Of a DNA stretch of 64,000 bases, positions 25,819-38,650 are shown piece after piece. Origin of the DNA: Octopus vulgaris (lineage: Eukaryota); contig OX597814.1 in NCBI GenBank assembly GCA_951406725.2, positions 163,618,001 through 163,682,000 of the forward strand. Reading direction: 5' to 3'. The notes beneath the pieces were generated by a model. That model saw only the letters and a program-made list of their open reading frames with translations. It was not told the DNA's origin and made no database searches. How positions within the stretch are numbered: the stretch's first letter is position 1; every line of letters begins with the position of its first letter. The position numbers and the translations under genes were made by a program.

Positions 25819-27689
25819 TTTATTCAAAACATATCAGAAACAGAACGTCTTTGCCTTTCCCCTTTATTTTACACTGACCTACAACACACTACAACGCAGG
25901 TTGTTCCGAAGTTGTTCTATCTATGTAGACACCTGCGAAATGGTTGTGTAAAGGCGTGTGTGTGTGCATGCGTATCGTGCTTGTATAGGTGTATTTTGTG
26001 TAGTTTGACTGACACACTGACTGGTACATTATTTATGGAGCGCTCTTTCATAAAACTTCAATAACATACAGAAAGCAGATAATAAAACTTCAATAAGACA
26101 GTAGCAAATAAATCTTACTAGAGGTTTTATACATACAAGTACACTCGCTGAGTGAAATAATTTTGTTTCATTGGAGAATTTCTCGACTGTCCATCAAGCA
26201 TTCCTTTAATTACATGTTGTTTTTCCTGAGGTAATCTAGTTTGTTTTCTCAAAAACATAAATCACTCCATCTGAGATAAATAGACAGACAGATAGATAGA
26301 TAGAGAGGGGGGGAGAAAGAGAGGAGGGGGCGAGGGGGTTGGAATTGTGTCAGTGTTGCTATTATATATTGCTAAGAGACAATAGTTTAAAAAAAATTTT
26401 TTTTTATTAAATACTGATATTAATATCTCTGTTGGTAGGAATAAGCTCAATTAGTGTGTAGTCGGACAAGTGGATTTCCCTCTACGCATATGGTTTTTAT
26501 AAATTATATCTATAGGTACTTTTAATGATCAAAGAAACAGGTTTGTAATGAATTCGACAACCACAAAACTTGCTTATTTATCACTGTCTATTGGTGCTGT
26601 GTGTATGTGTGCGTGGTTGTGTGTATGTACGTATGTAGGTGTGTGTATATATGAATAAATGTACGTATGTATGTCTATGTATATGTACATATGCGTCTAC
26701 ACATGTATTTGCGTGCGTATGTATCTATGTGGATGTATGTATGAGTGTGCATGTATGTATGTACCAACCTTCTTCAATATCCATCTTCTTGCTCTTTTCT
26801 CTGCCTTTTTCTTTCTCTTCACTTTCCTAGTCTAAGTATCGTTTTGAGATACTAAAGAAAACTTATATTTGTGCTTCCAGACACCATACAGCGGAAAAGT
26901 TCCCTGCTGTTTGTACCTGACAAACAAGTGGCTATGATGGTATGATTTATTACAGAAACAACTCTGGCTTACATGACAAATAGTTGAAAGTTTATGCGTC
27001 TCTCTCTCTCATGGTACTCTTCACTATGTTAACATAGAACTAAATGACTTAGTTCAAGCGAATGGAGAAGTGCAGTTTACTCCTGAAGCATTGTATAAGT
27101 ATTTCTAATATAGGCACTCAGCCAGAAGTTTGAGATGAATGCATAATCAATTAAGCTGACCCAAGTGGAATAAAAGGCAAAGTTGACCTCAGAATGCAAA
27201 AGGCTGTAATTGGATGCAAGTATGGCTGTGTGGTTAAGAAGTTTGTTTCACAACTATGTTGTTTTATATTCAATCCAGTTAAGGTATGCAGCTTAGTGGT
27301 ATTTGACTCGTGACTAAGGTTGTGTGTTTGATTCCTGGCAGTGTATCTTGTCCTTGAGCAAGATGCTTTATTTCACATTGCCCCAGTCCATTCAGCTGGT
27401 AAAAATGAGTTGTACTCTCTTAAGCACCACCACCTGGCCCTCAGATTTTAGTAGAGTCTACTCTAGGGTAAACATTTGGGCCAGGTCTTTGTTGAGGATA
27501 ACTTCCTCACTTTCATCTTCCAATCTCAAAGACTTTCAAAAGGTTCATGGATGCTGCTGTTCCTCCTCTCACTAAGTCATTAACCCTTCTGTTACCATAC
27601 TTTCATTAAAATATACTGCCTTTATTTCACTCAATTTTCAAAAATAATGAAGAACTTACAAAAGTAAGTTTGTTATTATTAAGCTGAAG

Positions 27690-28420
27690 TAAGATGGTCA
27701 GCCGGCAGAATCGTTAAGCATGCTGGATGAAATGCGTAGCAGTATTCTACCCATCGCTACATTCTGAGTTTTTTGGGGGTCAATAAATTAAGTACCAGTG
27801 AAACACTGGGGTTGATGTAATTGACTACTCTCCTCTCCCCAAATTTCAGACCTTGTGCCTTTAGTAGAAAGGATTATTAAGCTGAAGTTTGGAACCTAAA
27901 TTAATAGGAAATTATGATGCAAGGTGACTTTAAAACATGAAATTTTTGTTATAGAACCAAGGTTAGTCTCATGTGGTTTGGTATTAAAAGAGTTAAACTA
28001 TATCAAAACTAAAAAATGCAAGGCATTTTGTCCAATACTGTTATAACTGTTATTGGCCAGGTACAATTTTCTAATGCATATCATAAATCTGCTTTTCTAA
28101 GCTTAAAACCTGTTATGCAAGGCAACAAGAAACCACAATAGTTTCCAGATTCGAGTGGTATCTCAACAGAGTAAGTCATGGATGCTGCCTTTTCTCTTGA
28201 GACTAAACAAATCATTATTAAAGGTTATTGTAAAACAGTGAGCTGGAATCTTTAGCACACTGGACAAAATGCTTAGTGGCATTTCATCACTGCTGAGGTG
28301 ATTTTGCCTTTCATTTTTTTCAGGGTTGATTAAATAAATACCAGTTGAGTACAGGGGATGATATAATCAATTTATCCCCTCCCTGAAATTGCTGGCCTTG
28401 TGCCAAGATTTAAAATTATT
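27690..28420 (+). mobile_element. Decayed SINE copies (about 27690-27880 and 28235-28420)
   Basis: Meta/MESC-like core with internal deletions. Confidence 0.6.
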
Positions 28421-29481
28421 ATCAAAGGTTACTGGAGAGGCAAAAACAGCAATAAAGCATTGGATTAAATACATAACAGTATTTTAATGTTTCTCTACAG
28501 TCTGGGTTCAATTCCTGCAAAAGCGAACTTTACTTTTTAGCTTTCAGAGGTTGTTTAAATTGTATCTATATTTTGCTGCAAAAGTTGAAAAAACTGCTCC
28601 CCTAAAGCTTATATACCATCCTTACCAAAATATGGTGTTTAACCACCTTTACACATATTTCATACTAACATCACAGTTATATAATTTCGGGTGGTTAAGC
28701 AACAGCATCATTAGTTATAGGTTTCCAGTGAGACAATCAGTGGTTCCCAACATTTCTGGCAGAAAGAGTAACAAGGAAGATCTGTGAAACTTAAGTGGAA
28801 CAAATAATGCATAAAGTATTTTATTTAAAAAATCACTAGTTTTTCTTTTGTTTCTTACTGATGTTATTTATAACTTTTGCGAATATACATCCACAAAAAT
28901 ACGCAGACACACATACACATGTATGTCTGTGTGTGTGAGTGAATTTGATAGACAAAAACTATTGTAAGCCAGTCATATGTACATAAACACATGTGTGCGT
29001 GCAAATGTGCATGATTGTTGGTATTTTGTTTGTCACCATTTCAATCAAATGGTGATTGATATTTACATTCCTTGTTGGCATTTCAACATGTCACTCTGTG
29101 ATTTTGAAAACCTGTAGAATAAATAAATTCTATGCCTGATAAACAGGTTAGGGTTTACAAGAGAAAAAGCATCCATCTGTTTTAAAGTCCTGCCTCAGGA
29201 ATTGATTCATACTGAAGCCATGTTAGCATATGAAAATGGACTTTAAGATTAAATTAATGAATGAACATATGCTTTAATATGTATGTGTGTATGTGTGTGT
29301 GTGTGTGTGTGCATGCATATATATGTGTAAAATTCCAATCACAAAGTATTGGTTAATTCAAGGCTTTAATGCTAAAAGTACTGCACAATAGGATTGAATT
29401 CAGAACTAAATGATCATGAAATAAACATGTGATTAAAACCACATGGTCATACCTTCATGTATATGAAGGTATGATTGTGAG

Positions 29482-30470
29482 GTGCAGGCATGGATATGTG
29501 GTAAGTAGTTTACTTCCTAAACACATAGTTATGGGTTCCATTCCATTGTATGACCCTTGAGCAAGTGCCTTCTACTATAGCCTTGAGCCAACAAAGACTT
29601 GTCAATGGATTTGATAGATGGAGACTGAAAGAAGCACATTATATATATATATATAAAATACGAAAATGGGACAAGAACGCAAAACATCCAGACAGTTAGG
29701 TGAAACAAAAAAAGGGAAACAAAATATCCAGACAGACGATACAAGGAAAACATGGACGGATCATTCAGAGTTTTCTATCCTCAGTCAAGTTCCAGATTAT
29801 CTTTGCAATTTCGGCTGGTTATACCCGAGATTGCTCCAATCTGGCCAGCCCCAAGGAAAAATAAGCTAAGAGCATTACACTCCTTGGAAGAAAGCAGCGA
29901 ATGTACCCCAGAAATATTACACAAATATAAATAACAGGACATAACAACAGGTGTCTTTCGACTAGGAACGAATTAAATTAAGGTGGCAGTGTGGAAGTAA
30001 AGCCTTGCGGCAGGGACATAACTTTTAATAAGCACAGGATGGAATATAGATGTTGCACGGACAGTAGTCTAACCAAGAAAGGTCAGGCCTGGCCGAACAC
30101 TGGTCACGTGGGGAGAGAAGAGAGAGATGTAGAGGCAGAGGGATAGAAGAATTAAGGAGGGGTGAGAGAAAAATGAAAGAGACACAGTGAAGTGAAAGAG
30201 GAAAAGTGAGCATGAAGAGAAGGCCAGGTAATATAAATACATATGTGTCTTTAAGTCTGTGTTTGGCCACCACCATCACTTGACATCTAGTGTTTGTGTG
30301 TTTATGTCCCTGTAATTTAACAGTTCAGTGAAAAGAGACCAGTAGAATAAGTATCAGGCTTTAAAGATGGAAATAAGTACTTGGGTTGATTCATACAGCT
30401 AAAAAATTCTTCAAGGCAGTACCCCAGCATGGCCACAATCTTGTGACTGAAACAAATAAAAGATAAGATA
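29482..30470 (+). mobile_element. tRNA-SINE split by an insert of about 580 bp (29655-30235) in its (TA)n linker
   Basis: The SINE head (29482-29640) and tail (30240-30470) match the two halves of 44568-44985. Confidence 0.65.
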
Positions 30471-31104
30471 TATCTCCTCCTTTTTGACTCATATTAAACT
30501 ACAACAGCCCGCCACTATTTTTTCCCTGATGGCCGAGCATCACATTATCTGTATGAGAATCCTGAGTGGCTGTGTAGTAAGTAGCTTGTTTACCAACCAC
30601 ATGGTTCTGGGTTCATACGTAGAAATCTCACCAAGATAGTGACAAGAATTAATATTTCAAATATGAAGAATTTTATCTGCAGGGCTAAATATCTTTGTTT
30701 CAGTCATTGGACTTTGACCATGTTATGACACCATCTTGAAGGGTTCAGTTGAACAAACCAATCCCAGTATTCTTTTTTTTCGCCTGGCTCTTATTCTATC
30801 AGTAATGCTGCTGAACCATTAAATTATAGGAACATAAAGAAACCAATACCAGCAGTGAAATAGTGGTTGGGGACAAACATGATGTATATATATATATATT
30901 GTTTTCCAAAATGGAGGTGAACACCTTTCTCCATGTGATCAGCTTGAAATATTAAGATACTTGGATATTTTCCTACTCTTCTTAACATGAAACCAATGGT
31001 AGCCTTAATTCACAAATAAAGAAATTATTTATCCACTAATGCGGTGTTGAGCACTCATTCCAATGTGTAACATTTACATATATATATATATACACACATA
31101 CACA

Positions 31105-31260
31105 TGAGCTTCTTTCAGGTTCCATCTATCAAATCCACTTACAAGGCTTTTGTTGTCCAGGGGCTAAAGTAGATGACCCTTGCCCAAGATGCCATGCAGT
31201 GGGATTGAATCCAGAACCATGAGATTGGGAAGGAAACTTTTTCTCCATACAGCTACGTCT
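31105..31260 (-). mobile_element. tRNA-SINE head
   Basis: Decayed reverse complement of the SINE head. Confidence 0.65.
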
Positions 31261-31858
31261 GTAATTAATAATTTCAGTATATGTTCCCATGCCTAAGTAG
31301 AACAAATAATGAAAGCAAAAAGCCTTTTGAATATTATAATACAAAAACAAAGCTTTTTAAAACAACTACTCATGCATAAAATTCTCCTAGGAAACTCATT
31401 CACAAGATGGCATTCTTTCGATATAACTCGACAAAATCAAACCACTTCGCTTCGGGTATTTCCGTGGAAGCAAATGACAGTTCGATTCTGTTTTCTGCTC
31501 GGAAATTTGCAGATTTTACATACACACATGAAACAGGTAAGAACAAATATGCAAGGCTTTTTTTCTTCAAGTTTAAAACGAGACGTTGCTGGCATAATTT
31601 CGTTATATCTATACTCCACAAACCACGGAAATACTCGAAGTGATATGTCTCGACCTTGTCGAGCTCTATCGAAGGAATGCCCACAAGATTAAACTATAGA
31701 TAGTCAACATTAAAAAAACAAACTAAAGTCTGGCATTTAGAGTGATCGTTTAAAGAATATATTCTTACTATGTTTACTTTTGTTAAAAATTTGTACAACT
31801 CAAAGATCTCCTTAAGAAAGGTAAAATTTATAGTTGCTTAATCAGAAAATAACACAAA

Positions 31859-33154
31859 TTATTTATCATGCTTTTCAGATCTGTGTTTATGTTTCTTGTG
31901 TTTTTTTGATTTTTTGTGTTTCTGTTTGTGTTTAAGGCCAGCATCTTCAGTGTCTTCTGTATCATCATCTGCACTGAGTGGTCTTTTTAAGCTATATCTA
32001 CTTTCGGGTAACACATAATCACTGATTACGGTAGTTTCTCTAGTTTGTTCGCATCCACGACTCGTGTCTTCTCTCGCTTCTTGCATAACTTTTATTGAAG
32101 ACTTACTTTCTGTCAAAGATACATTATTTGATGCAGAGCTGATTTCAGAGTCAATTTTATCACTTTTCCTTGATTCTTTTCTTATATCAGATGTATTTTT
32201 ATCCCTGTGTTTATAATCAGAACTTCCTCTTGAACTCTTTTCGCCGTCTCTATGCCTTGCATCGTGTTTTTCGTGACTACTTTTTTTGTTGTCCGATTTA
32301 GATTTTCTTGACCGATCACGATCGTCTTCCCGCCTACTACTGGAATGAGAACGTCTATCGCTTCTCTTTGATGACTGGACTTCAGCAGATTCGACTTCAG
32401 ACGAATCTTTCAACAACGTCTGTAGCAATTCTACCTGATTATGAATAACTTCTCGTATGATCTCTGTATAAGTTTTTTTCGTAATGTGGACATTTTTAGC
32501 ACGGTACGATTGCCTTCGGCGTTTATAGTCGCGCATCGCAGCCCATTTCTCTGTTTCGGAGGAAGGTTCATTAAGCTCTCTACCTTTGGCAGCCTTCTTG
32601 ATGAGAGTTTCGAAGTCTGTAGTAAGAAGAGTATCTTCTGGTAAGGACTGCATGCGCTGAAATTCTTTAGCGACTCGAACCACATAGTCATATATTGCTC
32701 GTCTCTCATCTACACTGTAATCTCTCTGTTGAATTTCAAGTGTCTGTGGTACTTCCCTTTCATAATTTACCGACATCGTGCCATTATTTCGATGAAACTC
32801 CTTCAGTATTGATTGTAAGTTACTTTTTTCTAGTTTAATTGTCATAATATTAGTTTTCTCGTAAAAGAAACTTGAAGATCCAGGAACATTAGCAAGTTCA
32901 TCAGATGTATATCCAAGTTGTAACCACTTACAGCATTGTTCATGTTTCTCCAGCGAATTTCTTGGCAGTCTGTGGTTAACATTGTATGAACACGGAACTT
33001 TTTCTGAGTCTTGTTCAAAAAAATGCTGAGGCGTCCATTGCACCCTTTCAAAAAGTTTACCCAAATCATCTTCACATCCCTTTAAATATTCATCTAAGTC
33101 AGTTATATAAGTTTTACGTTTCTTTAACAGATCTTCGTTTACAGTAGTAACCAT
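31859..33154 (-). CDS. SNRNP48: U11/U12 snRNP 48 kDa protein, single-exon ORF (431 aa from the first ATG)
   Basis: CHHC zinc finger CSYNVNHRLPRNSLEKHEQCC and hallmark RDYKRRRQSYRAKNVHITKKTYTEIIREVI. An in-frame TGA at 33217-33215 closes the frame upstream; first ATG at 33154. Confidence 0.93.
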   Translation of the reverse strand: MVTTVNEDLLKKRKTYITDLDEYLKGCEDDLGKLFERVQWTPQHFFEQDSEKVPCSYNVNHRLPRNSLEKHEQCCKWLQLGYTSDELANVPGSSSFFYEKTNIMTIKLEKSNLQSILKEFHRNNGTMSVNYEREVPQTLEIQQRDYSVDERRAIYDYVVRVAKEFQRMQSLPEDTLLTTDFETLIKKAAKGRELNEPSSETEKWAAMRDYKRRRQSYRAKNVHITKKTYTEIIREVIHNQVELLQTLLKDSSEVESAEVQSSKRSDRRSHSSSRREDDRDRSRKSKSDNKKSSHEKHDARHRDGEKSSRGSSDYKHRDKNTSDIRKESRKSDKIDSEISSASNNVSLTESKSSIKVMQEAREDTSRGCEQTRETTVISDYVLPESRYSLKRPLSADDDTEDTEDAGLKHKQKHKKSKKHKKHKHRSEKHDK

Positions 33155-33589
33155 TTCGACATCAGTTTGCAATTTTAATGTAATTAACGCGAGAGTTATT
33201 GCTCTTACCGGTGTTCATACATAATTGTTCCTTCTACAAATTTGAGTGAAGATAGTTTAAGTAAAGACAATTCATGGAAGGTAATAATAAGTGTTTAGTG
33301 AACGAATAGAATCAATGTTTATGTGTTTTGCGATATAGAAAAAATAAATAATTTACTAGAACAGAGAAATTGTTTGCTCGTTCATGAACTAAATTATGTG
33401 CATAGAGATAAAGTTAATGAACAAAATTTCGAAAATTTATTCTTTTAAGCACATTTTTATGCTATGCAACAATGTATGTGTTTTTCTTCTGTGTGTATAA
33501 ATTTACATGCCGGTGTGTATGGATGAAGTGTGTTGAAGTAAATAGTTAGAGAAAAAATAAAATATAAATAAAACTGATAAAGTTCTATA

Positions 33590-34619
33590 TCTATATATAT
33601 AAAACTGTAGTTGTGTGAGTGTCTGTCTCCTACGATTTAGATTCCTAACTCCTCCCACATTTTGTGGTGCAGTTTAACCAAAACCGGGTATCTTATAGTC
33701 GTGATTCATATCGAGCCCGTCTGGCTATTAGCGCGCGTCTACGATGAGTCTACGATTTTAAAAATAATTTACCATCATTTTTTATTCCATTTTAATGCAT
33801 AATTTTTCGTGTGTCGATGGCGGCGGAGTTGGCGTCCACGCTCAAACACCTGCACCTGTGTTTGCTTTTCCCCCTTCTTCCCTCCCTCATGAAGCTGTGG
33901 GGAAGGGAGTTTAAGGAAATCAACGTCGTAATGCGTTGTCAAGGAGACCAGCGTTCTTTTAGAACAACGACTTCATGGCTTGAAGACACCAAAACAGAAA
34001 TGGCTAAGAAAGCCCGAATTGGCATCTATAAGGGAAGTAACTCTCTAAAAATGCTTATATAGTTATTTCCCTTACAAACCCGAGCAACGCCGGGCGATAC
34101 TGCTAGTCTATATATATAAAACTGTAGTTGTGTGAGTGTCTGTCCCCTTCGATTTAGATTCCTAACTCCTCCCACATTTTGCGGTGCAGTTTAACCAAAT
34201 TCGGGTATCTTATAGTCGTGATTCATATCGAGCCCGTCTGTCTATTAGCGCGCGTCTACGATGAGTCTACGATTTTAAAAATAATTTAACATCATTTTTT
34301 ATTCCATTTTAATGCATAATTTTTCGAGTGTCGATGGCGGCGGAGTTGGCGTCCATGGTCACACCTGCACCTGTTTGCTTCTCCCCCTTCTTCCCTCCCT
34401 CGTGAAGCTGTGGGGAAGGGAGTGTAAGGAAATCAACGTCGTAAAGCGTTGTCAAGGAGACCAGCGTTCTTTTAGAACAACGACTTCATGGCTTGAAGAC
34501 ACCAAAACAGAAATGGCTAAGAAAGCCCGAATTGGCATCTGTAAGGGAAGTAACTCTCTAAAAATGCTTATATAGTTATTTCCCTTATAAACCCGAGCAA
34601 CGCCGGGCGATACTGCTAG
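33590..34619 (+). mobile_element. Head-to-tail dimer of non-autonomous Helitrons (33590-34106 and 34107-34619)
   Basis: Each unit starts TC and ends with a CCCG..CGGG hairpin plus CTAG. Junction CTAG|TC; inserted between A33589 and T34620. Confidence 0.9.
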
Positions 34620-35613
34620 TTTCATATAAAACAAAGATTAGAGGTAAAGAACTCTGTACACTTGTTACGACAGTCCGTTTTCCTAGTAAACCAAAATACT
34701 GAATATACTACTGCCAAATTGTTTTTTTTATTTTAATCTGGGGTGTGAAATTTATTTCAGAAAGTAGATAAAAAATATTTTCTCAAATCAGTCACAACTA
34801 TGTATGACTCGAGATACATTTATTCAATTTGATAGAAGATTTCTTCATTTACTATTTCCCTTCAATATTTTTACATGAAATAATAATCAGTTATTTTTTT
34901 TTAACTTAGAAAAGAAAAAATTTATTTCAAATATAACATCGATATGTACATCTTCTAGAACATTGTCATTTTATAAGATTTTGCTGGCAAATTTTTTAAT
35001 TTGCGCAGTTGGTGTAAGGGAGATAATTTAGAATATTTGCCCTTATTATTTCCCTTGCTTTGACAGCCTATTAACAAGATGTTTTTACTTTCATTTTGGC
35101 TGTATGAAAATCATTATCGAAGTATATATTGTTTGGCTTTTTTGATGTACGTTCGTCCGAACATTTAATGTTGGCAACAATAATTCCAGGCACCTCTCAG
35201 GATGCAGTGACTGAAGATGCTCAGGCAGTCACTGAGATGGACACATATACAAATTTCCTGGACAGTAAACGCTTGTGATTGTTAATCATATATATTGTTT
35301 TGCGCTTCGTCTCTTTGACCAACTCTATTTATTAATCATGCACGGAACTATGCTGAGTGCTTGGTACCTGGCTATAAGCCAAGCCTGTAGTAGTTCTTTG
35401 ACAAAGAAGAACGTGTAGACTTCCTCGTGGTGAAGAAAGTTGTCTAGTAGATGCGGTAGAAATATTAGTGAAAAGAACTTTTCCTTGGAGCCAAATACTC
35501 CTCAATGCCTTTATGCGCCATTTGAAGACAGAGGGGGAGAATGGAGAGGGAAGGAGGGATACAGGCTTCCAGTTAAATTTTATAAGTGGAGTGAATCCTG
35601 GAATTCTCTGCTA

Positions 35614-36082
35614 GGCATTTGCCATATTCTGAACGCCTTACTTCCCTGGGCATGGATACATTGAAACTCCGACATCTGGCAGCTGACTTGGCAGACACCC
35701 ATAAAATTATTAACCATCTTACAAACAATAACTCTGAGTACCTTTTCAAACACCACCCATCTAACACCCGTGGACATGTTTACAAAGTCAGAAAACAGCA
35801 CAGCTCCCATGACTTTCGGAAACATTTTTAACGCTTAGAGTTACTGAAGTATGGAACAAACTGCCGGCATCAGTTGTTAGTTGTCGGAGCACTGCATCCT
35901 TCAAAACTTCCATGCTTCCTGAGATTCGCCAACACTACACCTAATTTTCTCCCCTCCATACACACGCAAGCATGTATCTGACTCATACACTGTTCACTTC
36001 CCAGACATTTGTACATTACTGCATATGCTTCTTATGCACTTTTGACAAGTTGTGGTGCACCTGAGCACTGTATACTATAATT

Positions 36083-36138
<56 letters not shown>
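35614..36138 (+). mobile_element. CR1-like LINE 3' fragment with long (ATT)n tail
   Basis: Near-identical to 13337-13845. Confidence 0.85.
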
Positions 36139-36541
36139 GTAATAAGGCACATGTAGGATAGCACAAATAAACCGAAAAGAAGACTGAATATGAGAGGATA
36201 CTGTTGCAATGTACAAGAGAGAAGACTGCACCAGTACGAGAATGTAAAGTGAATAGAAGGTGACAGTTGGGTAAAGAGGTACTAAGTGATCCGTGTGAGA
36301 AGATTGTGCAGAAGAAGAAGACTAAGGAATATTAAGGGAAGAATAAAGAAGGCTGAATCTCATGAAGAAGGAAACTGATGATTTTAGCAAATGGCGAGAG
36401 AATGTCATCGAGCAGACCAGAACAACTCTTGCAAGTATGGAAAAACAGACAAAATGATGACGACGACGTCGACGATGATAGTGTTAGATATTTATTATTA
36501 CGTTTTTATTGTTATTATTGGTTTAACACGTTTATTCAATA

Positions 36542-37567
36542 CTAGCAGTATCGCCCGGCGTTGCTCGGGTTTATAAGGGAAATAACTATATAAGCATTTT
36601 TAGAGAGTTACTTCCCTTATAGATGCCAATTCGGGCTTTCTTAGCCATTTCTGTTTTGGTGTCTTCAAGCCATGAAGTCGTTGTTCTAAAAGAACGCTGG
36701 TCTCCTTGACAACGCTTTACGACGTTGATTTCCTTACACTCCCTTCCCCACAGCTTCACGAGGGAGGGAAGAAGGGGGAGAAGCAAACAGGTGCAGGTGT
36801 GACCATGGACGCCAACTCCGCCGCCATCGACACTCGAAAAATTATGCATTAAAATGGAATAAAAAATGATGTTAAATTATTTTTAAAATCGTAGACTCAT
36901 CGTAGACGCGCGCTAATAGACAGACGGGCTCGATATGAATCACGACTATAAGATACCCGAATTTGGTTAAACTGCACCGCAAAATGTGGGAGGAGTTAGG
37001 AATCTAAATCGAAGGGGACAGACACTCACACAACTACAGTTTTATATATATAGACTAGCAGTATCGCCCGGCGTTGCTCGGGTTTGTAAGGGAAATAACA
37101 ATATAAGCATTTTTAGAGAGTTACTTCCTTTATAGATGCCAATTCGGGCTTTCTTAGCCATTTCTGTTTTGGTGTCTTCAAGCCATGAAATCATTGTTCT
37201 AAAAGAACGCTGGTCTCCTTCACAACGCATTACGACGTTGATTTCTTTACACTCCCTTCCCCACAGCTTCACGAGGGAGGGAGGGGGAGAAGCAAACAGG
37301 TGCAGGTGTTTGAGCGTGGACGCCAACTCCGCCGCCATCGACACAAGATGCATTTTATGCATTAAAATGGAATAAAAAATGATGTTAAATTATTTTTAAA
37401 ATCGTAGACTCATCGTTGACGCGCGCTAATAGTCAGACGGGCTCGATATGAATCACGACTATAAGATACCCGAATTTGGTTAAACTGCACCGCAAAATGT
37501 GGGAGGAGTTAGGAATCTAAATCGAAGGGGACAGACACTCACACAACTAGAGTTTTATATATATAGA
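36542..37567 (-). mobile_element. Second Helitron dimer, inverted
   Basis: Reverse complement of 33590-34619; units 37567-37055 and 37054-36542; A|TC...CTAG|T on the minus strand. Confidence 0.9.
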
Positions 37568-37685
37568 TAAATCGCCAACCATATATTCTCGTGTATTTCA
37601 CTGTTCCAATGAACTCGCGTAACTTATAGAAGAAATTAGTTTGTATCTTGAAATCACAGTATGTTCTTAATATTTTGGCCTTCTA

Positions 37686-38500
37686 AGGCGGTGAGCTGAC
37701 AGAATCGTTAGCACACCGGGCGAAATGCTTGGTGGTATTTCGTCTGCGCTACGTTCTGAGTTAAAATTCCGCTAAGGTCGACTTTGCCTTTCATCCTTTC
37801 AGGGTCGATAAATTAAGGACCAGTTACGCCCTGGGGTCGATATAATCGACTTAGTCCGTTTGTCTGTCCTTGTTTGTCCTCTCTGTGGGTAGTAAAGAAA
37901 TAGGTATTTCGTCTGCCGCTACGTTCTGAGTTCAAATTACGCCGAGGTCGACTTTGCCTTTCATCCTTTCGGGGTCGATAAATTAATTACCAGTTACGCA
38001 CTGGGGTCGATGTAATCGACTTTTCCGTTTGTCTGTCCTTGTTTGTCCCCTCTGTGTTTAGCCCCTTGTGGGTAGTAAAGAAATAGGCATTTCGTCTGTT
38101 TTTATGTTCTGAGTTCAAATTACGCCGAGGCCAATTTTGCTTTTCATCCTTTCGGGGTCGATAAATTAAGTACCAGTTACGTACTGGTGTCGATATAATC
38201 GACTGGTCCCCTCCCCAAAACTTTCGGGCGTTGTACCTTGAGTAGAAAAGAATATTTTGGCCATCTAAGGCGGCAAGCTGGCGGAATTGTTATCGCGCCG
38301 GGCAAGATGCATAATAGCATTAGGTCATTCTTTAAGTTCTGAGTTCAAATTCCGCCGACGTCGACGGTGGCTTTTGTGGCTCGATAAAAAAAGTACCAGT
38401 TGAGAACTGGGGTCGATGTAATCGACTAACCCCCTCCCCCGGAATTGCTGGCATTGTGCTAAAATTTTAACGCACTATTTTGGACATATAAGGCGGCGAG
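37686..38500 (+). mobile_element. SINE array with internal tandem repeats
   Basis: Three consecutive core repeats, followed by another full copy at 38268. Confidence 0.85.
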
Positions 38501-38535
38501 CAACATGTTACAAAGGTATTACAAAATTGATACAA

Positions 38536-38650
38536 AAAGACGTGGGGAATACATAGACAAAGATATGGGGAATACATAGACAAAGATATGGAATATATAT
38601 AGACAAAGACGTGGGCATACATAGACAAAGGCATGGGAATACGTAGACAC
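38536..38650. repeat. Minisatellite of about 21 bp, about 5 copies
   Basis: GGGAATACATAGACAAAGATAT-like units. Confidence 0.8.

Noticed and set aside
33811-37375. Four similar 80-100 aa ORFs as a gene family
   Set aside because: They are incidental frames inside Helitron copies, with variable starts and no domain.
38536-38650. Regulatory or CRISPR array
   Set aside because: Simple degenerate minisatellite without unique spacers.
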